From Candidatus Xenobia bacterium (GTDB lineage: Bacteria > Vulcanimicrobiota > Xenobia > Xenobiales > QWHO01), in the NCBI GenBank assembly GCA_045863235.1, contig BTUM01000064.1, forward strand, positions 1 to 46,839: a stretch of 46,839 bases of DNA. The letters are read 5' to 3'. The translations under genes were made by a program, and so were the position numbers. Positions 17,135-26,897 of the stretch are shown here, in pieces. Every line of letters begins with the position of its first letter. Position 1 is the first letter of the stretch. The notes under the pieces are model-generated. The model saw only the letters and a program-made list of their open reading frames with translations, did not search any database and was not told where the DNA came from.

Positions 17135-19062
17135 CAGTGCTCGTCCTCGAAGTGGATGTGGTAGCCGCCGATCGGCTCGAGCGACCAGCAGAAGATTGCG
17201 ACCACCGCGCCGACCAGCCCCACGATGGCCCAGGGCATCGGTTGGAAGATCATCGCGGTGGCGGCAAAGGCGAACCCTGCGGCCGCCAACATGGGGAACC
17301 AGGAGCCGCCCGGCATGTGAATGCCGTGCTCGTCATGGCCGTGATGCTCATCGTGCGAGTCATGATGCTCGCCGGGCTTCTCCTCGCCCTCGTGGTGGTG
17401 CAGCAATTCGGGATGTTTGGTGACCCACCAGTCGTCCACGTCCTTGACGTGCGGGATGTCCTTGAAGTTGTAGACCGGGGGCGGCGAGGGGAGGCTCCAC
17501 TCCAGAGTGCGGGCGTCCCACGGGTCGTCCGAGGCCTGCTCGCCGTAGATCAGGGACTTGACCATGTCGATATAGACCAGCCCGATGGAAGCCGCCATCA
17601 GGAAGGCCCCGATGGTGCAGACCAGGTTGAGCTCGTTCCAGCCCATTCCGTCAGCGTAGCTGTAGATGCGGCGGGGCATCCCGTTGAGACCCAGCCAGTG
17701 CATCGGGAAGAAGGTGAGGTTGAAGCCCACGAACAGGCCCCAGAAGGCGAGCCTGCCGATGAGCTCGCTCATCATCTTCCCGGTGATCTTGGGGAACCAG
17801 TAGTAGATGCCGCCGAGCAGCCCCATGATGGCCCCGCCGATCAGCACGTAGTGGAAGTGGGCCACGATGAAGTAGGTGTCCTGCTGCTGCGCGTCATGGG
17901 AGGGGTTGGCGTGCATCAGGCCCGAGAACCCGCCGATCATGAACATGGTGATGAACCCGAGCGCAAACAGCATGGGGACCTTGAGGCGGATCTGCCCACC
18001 CCACAGGGTCAGCACCCAGTTGAAGATCTTCACGCCGGTGGGCACCGCGATGGCCATCGTGGTGACCGCGAAGGCCGCGTTGGCGATGTTGCCCATGCCG
18101 GTGGTGAACATGTGGTGGGCCCACACCGTAAAGCCCATGAAGCCGATGGCCATTCCCGAGGCCACCACCAGCGGATAGCCGAACAGGGGTCGGCGCGAGA
18201 ACACGGGCAAGATTTCGCTGACGACCCCCATCGCCGGCAAGATCAGGATGTAGACCTCGGGGTGGCCGAAGATCCAGAACAGGTGCTGCCAGACGATGGG
18301 AAGACCGCCTTTGGCCACCGCAAAGAAGTTGGTGCCGGCGTAGCGATCAAAGATCAACTCCACCAGCGCGATGGTGATGGCCGGGAAGGCCATGAAGAGG
18401 AGGAAGCTGGTGACCAGGGTCATCCATGTAAAGACGGGCAGACGCCACATCGACATCCCCGGGGCCCGCATGTTGATGATGGTGGCGGCGAAGTTCAGGG
18501 CCCCGGCCACCGAGCTGATGCCCAGCACCGACAGGCCCACCACCCAGAAGTCGATTCCCAGACCAGGGTTGTAGGCATTCAAAGTGTTGGGCGCATAGCC
18601 GAACCAGCCGCCGTTGGGCGTCTGGCCGTTGACCCAGCCCACGTTGATCAAGATGGAGCCGAACAGGAACACCCAGTAGCTGAAGGCGTTCAAACGGGGG
18701 AAGGCGACGTCGCGAGCCCCGATCTGAAGAGGCACGATGTAGTTGAAGAACGCCACCGACATCGGCATCACGAACAAGAAGATCATCGTGGTGCCGTGCA
18801 TGGTGAAAAGCTGGTTATAAAGCTCGGCCGAATAGAGCCTTTGATCCGGGAAGGCCAGCTGGGTGCGGATGGCCAGGGCCTCGATACCCCCCCAGATAAA
18901 CCAGAACAGAGCCGTGACGCCATACAGAACACCGATCCGCTTGTGATCGATGGTGGTGATCCAGCTCAGGATACCGTACTGCTCGGTGGGACGGCGCAGA
19001 ATGCCTTCGTACATCCCCTTCTCGGGAACCGGCTCGATGATCATCTTGGGCGTGCTCGACAT
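17134..19062 (-). CDS. ctaD: Cytochrome c oxidase subunit I, A1 type
   Basis: DHKRIG, TMHGTTM, WIFGHPEVY, WAHHMF, AHFHY, MPRR; His-rich linker and two extra C-terminal TMs. Confidence 0.98.
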   Translation of the reverse strand: MSSTPKMIIEPVPEKGMYEGILRRPTEQYGILSWITTIDHKRIGVLYGVTALFWFIWGGIEALAIRTQLAFPDQRLYSAELYNQLFTMHGTTMIFLFVMPMSVAFFNYIVPLQIGARDVAFPRLNAFSYWVFLFGSILINVGWVNGQTPNGGWFGYAPNTLNAYNPGLGIDFWVVGLSVLGISSVAGALNFAATIINMRAPGMSMWRLPVFTWMTLVTSFLLFMAFPAITIALVELIFDRYAGTNFFAVAKGGLPIVWQHLFWIFGHPEVYILILPAMGVVSEILPVFSRRPLFGYPLVVASGMAIGFMGFTVWAHHMFTTGMGNIANAAFAVTTMAIAVPTGVKIFNWVLTLWGGQIRLKVPMLFALGFITMFMIGGFSGLMHANPSHDAQQQDTYFIVAHFHYVLIGGAIMGLLGGIYYWFPKITGKMMSELIGRLAFWGLFVGFNLTFFPMHWLGLNGMPRRIYSYADGMGWNELNLVCTIGAFLMAASIGLVYIDMVKSLIYGEQASDDPWDARTLEWSLPSPPPVYNFKDIPHVKDVDDWWVTKHPELLHHHEGEEKPGEHHDSHDEHHGHDEHGIHMPGGSWFPMLAAAGFAFAATAMIFQPMPWAIVGLVGAVVAIFCWSLEPIGGYHIHFEDEH

Positions 19063-19064
19063 GA

Positions 19065-20159
19065 TTACTCCAGGCTCCGCAGGTAGGCCACCAGGGCGTC
19101 GATATCACCCTGGTTGAGCGCGATGTTGAGGTTGTCCCAGCCGGGCCACGGGCGTCGCCAGGACGGCTGAGGAGAGGGGTGCAAGAAGGCGGCCTGCATC
19201 ATATTGCCAGGCTTGATCTCGCCCGGGTGATCGAGCCAGGCAGCCAGGTTCTCGGGCGTGTTCTCGAGCTCACCGGCGGCGATGGTGGTGCGGCTGGCCA
19301 GGTGGGTGAGATCGGGGGCGAGATTTCCGCCCGGGGCGGGGCGAATCTGGTGACAGCCCACGCACTGCTTGGTCTTGAACAGCTGCTTACCCCGCAGGGC
19401 CAGCGGGTCGGTCACCTCGCGGGCGCCCGACTTCTGGTGCTCGACCCAGCTCTTGAACTCGTCACTGGGCAGGGAGTGGACCCGGAACTTCATGAAGGCG
19501 TGCGACTCGCCGCAGAACTCGACGCACTGGCCATAATACATGCCGTCTTTGGTAGACCGCAGCCAGAGCCAGTTCTTCTGGTTGGGCATCAGGTCGACCT
19601 TGCCGGCCAGGCGCGGGACCCAGAACGAGTGAATGACGTCGTTGGTCTTGAGGTTGAACTTCACCGCCCGACCGGTGGGGATGGCCAGCTCGTTGGCGGT
19701 CACCACTCCCAGGGCGGGATACTCGAACTTCCACCACCACTGGTAACCCGTTACATTGATCTCGAGCACTTCCGAGGCCGGGTCCTGGAGCGTTCCCTGG
19801 TAGAACTGCCCCTGCAGAGCAGGCACCAGGATGACGATGACCAGGACGATCGAGACGAGGATCAGGCCCACCTCGAGCTTGGTGCTCCCGTGCCCCTGAT
19901 CGGGTAGCGGAGTATCGGGAGTGACCTCGCCGACGTGCCGGTAACGCACCACGCAGTAGACGATCAGGCTGCCCACCAGCACGAAGATCAGCAGGCTGAC
20001 ATAGAAGGACACCATGAAGGTCCAGTACTGGAACTCGGCCACCGGGCCGTCCGCATCGACGATACTCTGGGGGCCGCGCAGGCCGCAGCCCGACAACATC
20101 AGCCCCAGCGCCGCCATCCAGGCGGCGGTCACGATCCGCTGCGTCAAGGTTCTCTTCAT
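19065..20159 (-). CDS. ctaC: Cytochrome c oxidase subunit II with C-terminal cytochrome c (caa3 type), lipoprotein
   Basis: Lipobox LSGC, QWWW, DVIHSFWVP, CVEFCGESHAFM (CuA), CVGCH. Confidence 0.97.
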   Translation of the reverse strand: MKRTLTQRIVTAAWMAALGLMLSGCGLRGPQSIVDADGPVAEFQYWTFMVSFYVSLLIFVLVGSLIVYCVVRYRHVGEVTPDTPLPDQGHGSTKLEVGLILVSIVLVIVILVPALQGQFYQGTLQDPASEVLEINVTGYQWWWKFEYPALGVVTANELAIPTGRAVKFNLKTNDVIHSFWVPRLAGKVDLMPNQKNWLWLRSTKDGMYYGQCVEFCGESHAFMKFRVHSLPSDEFKSWVEHQKSGAREVTDPLALRGKQLFKTKQCVGCHQIRPAPGGNLAPDLTHLASRTTIAAGELENTPENLAAWLDHPGEIKPGNMMQAAFLHPSPQPSWRRPWPGWDNLNIALNQGDIDALVAYLRSLE

Positions 20160-20220
20160 AGGTTCCTCAGAAGTCCGATTTTCGCGTTCCAGGTTTTGTG
20201 CTCGCTTGAATCAGTCCTGC

Positions 20221-22014
20221 TCAGGTTCGATTCCAGAGCAAGATGATGTAGAGCAAAGGGAGGTAAGCCACCGACGCCAGCACCAGCTGGCGCGCCCTGC
20301 GGGTGGTTCGCTCGCGGGCCATGCGAAGGCCGTAGAACAAAAATCCCATTCCCAGCAGGAAAGAGAGCAAAAAGTAGGTCAGCCCGGCCATGCCGGCCAG
20401 CGTGGGAGCCATGCTCACGGGCACCAGCAACAGGGTGTAGACCAGGATCTGGGCGCTGGCCAGCGCCCCCTCCGGATCGACCACCGTGATCATCGGCAGG
20501 CCGGCCCGGGCATAATCCTCGCGACATAGCCAGGCGATGCCCATGAAATGGGGCAGTTGCCAGAGGAATAAGATCAGGAACAGCAACCACCCCCCGAGGG
20601 TGATCGTCCCTTCGGCCGCAGCCCAGCCCACCAGCACCGGCAGCGCCCCCGGCACCGCCCCCACCAGGGTGCAGAGTGAAGTCGTGCGTTTGAGCGGTGT
20701 ATACACCAGCACGTAAGTGATGACCGCCAGAGCCGCCAGCAAGCCCGAGAGCGGCTGAACGGCCAGGCCCAGGTAGAGGCAGCCCCCGGCCGCCAGAATT
20801 CCCCCAAAAATCTCAGCTGCCACCGGATTCACCCGCCCGGCGGGCAGCGGCCGGTTCTGGGTGCGGCGCATGCGAGCGTCCACGTCCACTTCCAGCACAT
20901 GGTTCAGGGTGGCCGCCCCGGCACCCATCACGTAAGTGCCCACCAGCAAGTGGGTCAGGACGGCCCAGCTTGGCTCGCTGGTGGCCATCCAGTAGGAGCA
21001 GCCGGCGGTAAAGGCGGCCATGGTGACCAGCCGAGGCTTGGTCAGCTCCATCCAGTCGCGGGTCGACCCGCGGGGCTCGCCGGCGGCGCGGGGCGAGGCC
21101 TCGAAGGTGGCCAGGCGGACGGCCCAGACCGCCAGCGAGAACACCGTGGCCAGGACCAGGGCACCGTTCATCACGTGCAGACAGGTGGGCAGAAAGCCTC
21201 GGAAGCTCCACAGGGTGGCTACGCCCAGCACGACCTGCAGGCTCAGCAGGCCCACCAGGGCCAGGGCCAGCCTGCGCAGCCGGCCATCCTGCTGGTAACG
21301 AAGAATCTCATAGATCAGGTAGCCGCAGGCCAGCGAAACCAGCAGCGCGCCCACGCGGTGGGCGAAGTGGACCGCGTCGGCAGGGGTGGCCATGATGGGG
21401 ATGATGCGCCCGCCGGTCAGCGGGAAATCGACGAACTTGAGGCCGGCACCCATGTGGCGCATCACGGCCCCCAGCAACAGCTGGCCCACCACCGAGGCCA
21501 GGGCCAGAAAAGCCGCTGTACGCAATCGCCCGGCCCGCTCGAGGGGGCCGGGCCGATTCCAGCCGGGTGAGGTGACCAGCACCAGGGCAACCACGGTACA
21601 CAGGAAGAACTGGGCCAGGCAGCCGTGGGCCACCGAGACGGCGGTGGGAAGCTTCAGCAGCACCGTCAGCCCGCCCAGCAGGCCCTGGACGATCACCAGC
21701 AACAGGGCCAGCCAGGCCAGTCGGCGTACCAGGGTGGGGGTGCGCGCCAGGCTGGTCCAGCAGGCCAGCACCAGGGTCAGGAAGCCCACCAGGCTGGCTA
21801 CCAGGCGGTGCCCGTGCTCATAGAGCACGCCTCCCACCATGGCCGGGAAGAAGCCACCGAAGGAGAGGGGCCAGTCGGGCACGGCCAGCCCCGAGCCCGT
21901 GGTGGTCACGGTGGCGCCGATGAAGATCAGCCCAGCAGTAGCCAGCGCAAGTCCGCGAGTGAAGGCGGACAGCGCGGGCGAAACAGCGTTCGGCCGACTG
22001 GACTGATCTGTCAT
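20221..22014 (-). CDS. Fused heme A synthase (CtaA/COX15) and heme O synthase (CtaB/CyoE)
   Basis: N-half: PDWP, EHGHR, VAHG, HFAHR, LHV. C-half: LTKP, N...E.D.DARMRRT.NRPLP.G, YTPLKR, GAVPGA.P, WQLPHF, EDYARAG.PM. Confidence 0.93.
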   Translation of the reverse strand: MTDQSSRPNAVSPALSAFTRGLALATAGLIFIGATVTTTGSGLAVPDWPLSFGGFFPAMVGGVLYEHGHRLVASLVGFLTLVLACWTSLARTPTLVRRLAWLALLLVIVQGLLGGLTVLLKLPTAVSVAHGCLAQFFLCTVVALVLVTSPGWNRPGPLERAGRLRTAAFLALASVVGQLLLGAVMRHMGAGLKFVDFPLTGGRIIPIMATPADAVHFAHRVGALLVSLACGYLIYEILRYQQDGRLRRLALALVGLLSLQVVLGVATLWSFRGFLPTCLHVMNGALVLATVFSLAVWAVRLATFEASPRAAGEPRGSTRDWMELTKPRLVTMAAFTAGCSYWMATSEPSWAVLTHLLVGTYVMGAGAATLNHVLEVDVDARMRRTQNRPLPAGRVNPVAAEIFGGILAAGGCLYLGLAVQPLSGLLAALAVITYVLVYTPLKRTTSLCTLVGAVPGALPVLVGWAAAEGTITLGGWLLFLILFLWQLPHFMGIAWLCREDYARAGLPMITVVDPEGALASAQILVYTLLLVPVSMAPTLAGMAGLTYFLLSFLLGMGFLFYGLRMARERTTRRARQLVLASVAYLPLLYIILLWNRT

Positions 22015-22045
22015 GAAGGAAAAACCGCTGGAGCGGCTGCTTTAC

Positions 22046-22074
22046 ATTGTGAAAGATTTCACGGGCCCGGTCAA
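22046..22074 (-). promoter_or_regulatory. Oxidase operon promoter overlapped by a Rex/CRP-like palindrome
   Basis: TTGACC(22074-22069)-17 nt-CACAAT(22051-22046); TTGTGAA-AGAT-TTCACGG at 22047-22064. Confidence 0.65.
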
Positions 22075-22183
22075 TCAGGGAAAGCCCTGACGGCAAACCG
22101 GCTTCGAATCTTGCACTGGAGCCATTCCCAGGCCATTCGGGCTTCGCGGGAGCCCTTCGCCCCCCCTCCACCATGGCGAACTG

Positions 22184-22924
22184 TTAACCTGACGGCAAGA
22201 ATCCCATCTGGCGGCGGATCTCGTAGAGCATGACCGTGCCCGCCATGGCCACGTTGAGCGACTCCAGTCCGGCCGCCATGGGGAGGGTCACCGGCTGGCC
22301 CCGCAGCTCTTGCAGGCCGTGGGCCTCATTGCCGAGCACCAACAGGCTTCGGGTCGGGAAGCGCGTCTCGAAGACCGATTGGCCCCCGCGCACCACGGCG
22401 CTGAAGACGGCGTGCTCGGGCAGAGGCTCGAGCACGCGCGTCAGAGGCACGCTGAAGAGAGCCCCGGCCGAGGCGCGCACGGCTTTAGGACCGTAGGGGT
22501 CGGCGCCCTCCTCCCCCACCACCACCGTGCAGGGCGCCACCGCCGCGGCGGCCCGCACCAGGGTGCCCAGGTTACCGGGATCAGCGATGCGGTCGAGCAA
22601 CAGCACCAGGTCGTGCCAAGCCACCGGAGCGCTCGGCATTCTGGCCACAGCCAGCACGCCCTGACAGGTGCTGGTGGCAGCGGCTCTGTCGAGCAGCTCC
22701 TCCTCGACCAGGTACACCTCAGCGCCCCGCGCCTGCCAGCGGGACCCCAGCTCCTCGTGACGGGGACTGACCAGCACCGTTTCCAGCGGGAAGCCGGCCC
22801 GCTCGGCCGCGCTCAGGCAGCGCAGGCCCTCGACCAGAAAGCGGCCGGTGGCCCGGCGCTCGCGGGCCTGCTCCAGCCGGGCCACCTCCTTGAGGAGTGG
22901 GTTATGCCGCCCGATCGTCTTCAA
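22184..22924 (-). CDS. TrmH/SpoU family RNA methyltransferase
   Basis: FLVEG, DPGNLGTLVR, KAVRASAG, LGNEAHG, ESLNVAMAG..MLYE. Confidence 0.93.
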   Translation of the reverse strand: MKTIGRHNPLLKEVARLEQARERRATGRFLVEGLRCLSAAERAGFPLETVLVSPRHEELGSRWQARGAEVYLVEEELLDRAAATSTCQGVLAVARMPSAPVAWHDLVLLLDRIADPGNLGTLVRAAAAVAPCTVVVGEEGADPYGPKAVRASAGALFSVPLTRVLEPLPEHAVFSAVVRGGQSVFETRFPTRSLLVLGNEAHGLQELRGQPVTLPMAAGLESLNVAMAGTVMLYEIRRQMGFLPSG

Positions 22925-22964
22925 GCGCGGGCGTTGAACGCCTCAGGTATGAGCGCGGCGCGGT

Positions 22965-24863
22965 TCAAGCGATTGCCGACAGTCCGGCGCGTTCTGCTTG
23001 TGAGCCGGTCAACGCGTGCTGCAGGGCCAGGCAGAGGTAACGCTCGCGCAGCTCCAGCACCAGACGGTCGGCCACCAGCTCGGCCAGCACCACGCGCACC
23101 TCCCCCTCCTCGGCCCCGGTCAGCTCCACCAGGCGGGCCAGGTTGAGGGGCTTGTTCATCGTCTCGCGCACCACGCTCGCTTTGAGGCCCTGGCAGCGGT
23201 AGGTCACCTCGGGCAGGCGGCGGCCGTCGCGCAAGAGCAGCGTGTCGCCCTGATCCTCCAACCACAGATAGGGGCGCTCAGCCCGCATCCAGGCCTGCTG
23301 CCAGGCTCGAATCACCTCCACGGTGCGCCGGTAGAGCGCCTGCATCTCGCCCGGGACCTCGCGGTCGAGCTGATACTCGTAAGCGATCCTCTCGATGTCC
23401 AGCCCATCGGGGTAGATGTCCCGGTAGAACTCGTCGGCGCGCCAGTTGCGAAAACCGTAGCGCTCCTTCTCGTGGTAGTAAGGCGAGAAGCGCACGAAGG
23501 AGAGCTCGATGGCAAAGGGCGGGTCCAGGTGGGGGATCAGCTCGAGGTGGTGCAGCTGCCGGGTCAAATCCTCAGCCGTAGCGTCGGGAAAGCCCAGGAT
23601 GATGTTGTGGCTGACCCGCACGCCCCGCTCGGCGCAGCCCTTCATGAACATCAGGTTGTGGAAAGTCGTTGTGCCTTTGCTCATCTTCTCGAGCAGGGCA
23701 TCGTCCATGCTCTCGATACCCGGCTGGATGAGCTGCACGCCTGCCCCGGCCAGGATGTCGAGGTGCTTGTCGGTGAGAGCCGTGCGCACCTCCACGAAGG
23801 GGATGCGCAGGCGCGGATGGATGCGGCGCAGCTCGGGAAAGATCTCCTGGATCATGGGTGCGGTCACCAGGTCGTCCACCACGTAGAAGGCGGGCGTGGT
23901 GCCTGCGGGCGGAGTGGCGCGGTCGGGTCCGGGGGTGAAGTAGCGCTCGACCTGGGCCTTCACCTCGGCCAGCACGCGTTCTTTGGAACGTCGGCGAAAC
24001 GTACCGTGGAACGTGAAGGCGCAGAACTTGCAGGTCAACTTGTCGCCCCAGGCGCAGCCGCGCCCCATCTCGATCGGCAGCACCCGCTCCATCAGGCCGC
24101 GGGTGCCCGAATCGAGCCCCTTCAGGGTTTCGAAGTACTCGTCGTAGTCGGGATAGAACTCGTCGTCCAGTTCGTGCTTGACGGGGCAAAGCGCCGAGCG
24201 GCGCACCTCGCCCCGGTAACGGTAGTGCACTCCCGGCAGGTCGGCTGGCTCGGCTCGGTCGAGCAGGCGCTCGACCAGGGGCACCAGCACCGGTTCCCCC
24301 TCCCCCACCACCCCGGCATCCAGGAACTCGAACACGCGCAGCAGCTCGGAGGCGCTCTCATCGTGAATCTGCGAGCCCGCCCCTCCGAACACGATGGGTT
24401 TGTCGGGATGGCGCTCCTTCAGGCGCCGGGCCAACGCCAGCGAGGCGTTGATCTGGGGGTAGGTCATGGTGAAGGCGAACAGGTCGAAATCCGAGTAGTC
24501 GCGGGCCATCAGGTCGTCGAGCAACTCGGGTATTAGCTCGCGCTTGACGGCCAGGAGCGAGGGGAAGGGGAAGCCGACCGTCTGGCAGTAGCCCTCGAGC
24601 CGCATGCTGGCCTGCCAGTCTCCGGCCACGCCTGGCTTGAAGGGCCGCTCGGAGAAAAGCCATTCGTAGACCATGCTGGGCACCTGGGCGGTGTATTGCA
24701 CGTGGAAGCCGCGCTTTCGCATGCGGGCGTAGAGCTCGATGTTGGGATAAAGGCAGGTGGCCTCGAGGCCACTCTTTGCCAGCACGCTCTTGAGCAGGCC
24801 CGTCTGGATGGAGGGCCGGGTGGCGGGCGCGAACGGCATGTTGAACAGGGCGACGCGCGGCAT
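22965..24863 (-). CDS. B12-dependent radical SAM C-methyltransferase, RiPP-maturation type
   Basis: N-term NMPFA...PSIQ.GLLK; cobalamin-binding-like region (..IVFGG, GEGE); RGCAWGDKLTCKFC (CX7CX2C); QPGIES; N.ILGFP; RFSPY. Confidence 0.88.
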   Translation of the reverse strand: MPRVALFNMPFAPATRPSIQTGLLKSVLAKSGLEATCLYPNIELYARMRKRGFHVQYTAQVPSMVYEWLFSERPFKPGVAGDWQASMRLEGYCQTVGFPFPSLLAVKRELIPELLDDLMARDYSDFDLFAFTMTYPQINASLALARRLKERHPDKPIVFGGAGSQIHDESASELLRVFEFLDAGVVGEGEPVLVPLVERLLDRAEPADLPGVHYRYRGEVRRSALCPVKHELDDEFYPDYDEYFETLKGLDSGTRGLMERVLPIEMGRGCAWGDKLTCKFCAFTFHGTFRRRSKERVLAEVKAQVERYFTPGPDRATPPAGTTPAFYVVDDLVTAPMIQEIFPELRRIHPRLRIPFVEVRTALTDKHLDILAGAGVQLIQPGIESMDDALLEKMSKGTTTFHNLMFMKGCAERGVRVSHNIILGFPDATAEDLTRQLHHLELIPHLDPPFAIELSFVRFSPYYHEKERYGFRNWRADEFYRDIYPDGLDIERIAYEYQLDREVPGEMQALYRRTVEVIRAWQQAWMRAERPYLWLEDQGDTLLLRDGRRLPEVTYRCQGLKASVVRETMNKPLNLARLVELTGAEEGEVRVVLAELVADRLVLELRERYLCLALQHALTGSQAERAGLSAIA

Positions 24864-24955
24864 GACCGTTCGATTCGGGGCCCGGGCGGGGGCGGCCTCC
24901 TGCCCTCGCGCCTGCGAAGTGTGCAGGGGCACGCCGGGTCGAACGCGCGAGCTGG

Positions 24956-25148
24956 CCGAAATGTGCGCGGACATGCAGGCACATGCGCCGGTAACTCCAT
25001 GCACACCGGCTCAGCCCCCCCGAAATGTGCGCGGACATGCAGGCACATGCGCCGGCAACTCCAGGCACACCGGCTCACCCCCCCGAAATGTGCGCGGACA
25101 TGCAGGCACATGCGCCGGCAACTCCACGCACACCGGCTCAGCCCCCCG
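24956..25148. repeat. Tandem array of 3 copies of the same ~63-bp repeat, inverted relative to array 1 (array 2)
   Basis: ATGTGCGCGGACATGCAGGCACATGCGCCGG(C/T)AACTCCA..CACACCGGCTCA at 24961, 25025 and 25088; reverse complement of the array 1 unit. Confidence 0.97.
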
Positions 25149-25213
25149 AGAGCTGCGGCGGTCTTCCTGGCGGAGAACAGGGAACTCTCGCCGCGTGGCC
25201 AATACCGCCCCCC

Positions 25214-26896
25214 ATGAGCGAGAGCCCCGCCCAGCGGGAGACGCCGTCCCCGGTCTTCGACGAGCTGCTTCGGCTCGTGCGGGGGGCCCAGGGCGGCAAG
25301 GTTCCCCGGCCCCAGCTGCAACAGTTCGTTGAGCAGCTTACTCCCCGCTTCGTGCAAGCCCGGGAGGCTACCCGCCAGCAGATCGTCGGCCAGGGGGCCG
25401 AGCACGTCGAGCGGTTCGCCGAGCCCATCGCCCGCATCGAGGAGGCCTTCCAGGAGGTGGAGTCGGCCCTGCAGGCGGTCTTAAAGTTCGCCCGCAGCGG
25501 CGATGAGCAGGATGGCCTGGTGGCGGTGCGCTGGGTGATCCGGGCAGCCTGGAACCAGGCCACGGCCATGGACGCCTACCAGCAGGCCGAGCTGGCTGCC
25601 GGCCCCAGCCGCATGCCGCTGGTCAACCTGATGGTCAAGATGAAGGAAGGCTTCCTGGCTGGAACGACCAGCCGCACGGAATTCGAAGACGCGGTTCGGG
25701 GCGCCATGAACATGTGCCAGGAAGCTCAGCAAGAGATGCGCGCCAAAGGCGAGCTGAGCGATGCCGAGGATGCCATGGTGGGCGCTTACGAGCGCCTCAA
25801 GAAGATGCTGGGCGAGCTGCTGGGCGCCATCGGGCAGGGGGGCGAGCGACTGGAAGCGGCCCTGACCGATGTGACCGACGCTTCCGAGACGGTGCGCGCC
25901 GCCATGGAAGAGCTGAACACCCGCATCTTCACGGCCGGGCCGACGAAGATGCCCCACGCCAACCTGGTGCTGAACATCATGGCGGCCCACCAGGCCGGCC
26001 AGGTGCCCGATCAAGTGCTACTCAACGCCCTGGAAGTTTTCCGCAGGGGCATGGAGCACGAGTCGGGCGAGGTGGAGCGGATGCTCAGCCTGCCCACCCG
26101 GTCGAGCGCCATCCAGGAGCAGGCCCAGAAGACCCGGCAAGCCTACGACCTGCACTGGCCTGCCATCGACCTGGCCGAAAGCTACGCCGCTGGCCAGGCC
26201 GAGCAGTACGAACCTGGTCGCCAGGCCCTGATCCAGGCCTCCGAAGCGCTGGCCGCCTGCAAGGAGGCTTTCGAGCAGATCGGCGAGCTTGAGGGGAAGG
26301 TGCTGTGCGTCAAGTGCGGCGCCGCCAACGCTCCGGGTGATCGAGCCTGCTCGAAGTGCGGGGCGCGCATGGTCCAGACAGAGCTGGGCACCTCGACCAT
26401 GTCCCTGCAGGAGGGGGGGGAGGCCCAGGGCGGCGAGCTGGTCATGACCGAGAACCTGCTGCGGGTGTTCCAGGCGGTCAACGAGGTGGCCGAGCAGACG
26501 CTCGAGCTGGAGGAGTTCGGGGAGGTGCTCGACTGGATGGCGGAGCTGGTCCAACAGCACCTGCTCGGCGTCCCCCAGGCTCCCGCCTTCAGCCGCGAGG
26601 GAATGAACGAGGAGCAGTCGCAGGTGGTGGGCGAGTTGGAAGAAGAGCTGGCCCGCCAGCGAGAGGAGGTTGTGGGGGGAGCCGAGGAGCTGATGGCCGG
26701 CTTGAACCGGCTCAGCTGCTACCTCGACGAGCAGGACAAGGAGCACCTGACCTCGGGGGTGCGGATGGTGCGCGATGGCGCCGTCCGCGTGCAGCGCGCC
26801 CAGCGGGCCATCGACGAGGTGGCTGCCAACGTGGAGAGCGCCCGGCGGGGCGACGGCCCGACGGAGGAGGAGCAAGAGGACGAACAGGTCGCCTGA
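25214..26896 (+). CDS. Hypothetical helical protein with internal repeats and a zinc ribbon
   Basis: Start MSESPAQ (the track's upstream extension is repeat-derived); CVKC-x10-CSKC; repeated AGP(S/T)(R/K)MP..NL. Confidence 0.8.
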   Translation: MSESPAQRETPSPVFDELLRLVRGAQGGKVPRPQLQQFVEQLTPRFVQAREATRQQIVGQGAEHVERFAEPIARIEEAFQEVESALQAVLKFARSGDEQDGLVAVRWVIRAAWNQATAMDAYQQAELAAGPSRMPLVNLMVKMKEGFLAGTTSRTEFEDAVRGAMNMCQEAQQEMRAKGELSDAEDAMVGAYERLKKMLGELLGAIGQGGERLEAALTDVTDASETVRAAMEELNTRIFTAGPTKMPHANLVLNIMAAHQAGQVPDQVLLNALEVFRRGMEHESGEVERMLSLPTRSSAIQEQAQKTRQAYDLHWPAIDLAESYAAGQAEQYEPGRQALIQASEALAACKEAFEQIGELEGKVLCVKCGAANAPGDRACSKCGARMVQTELGTSTMSLQEGGEAQGGELVMTENLLRVFQAVNEVAEQTLELEEFGEVLDWMAELVQQHLLGVPQAPAFSREGMNEEQSQVVGELEEELARQREEVVGGAEELMAGLNRLSCYLDEQDKEHLTSGVRMVRDGAVRVQRAQRAIDEVAANVESARRGDGPTEEEQEDEQVA

Positions 26897-26897
26897 C

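Noticed and set aside
17137..19086. Long plus-strand ORFs opposite ctaD (similarly opposite pccB, the radical SAM and the 652-aa gene)
   Set aside because: Antisense shadows of clearly identified genes.
24864..25213. Array 2 as a Cys-rich RiPP precursor for the radical SAM
   Set aside because: The frame shifts between units (64/63 nt) and the same repeat occurs at an unrelated locus.
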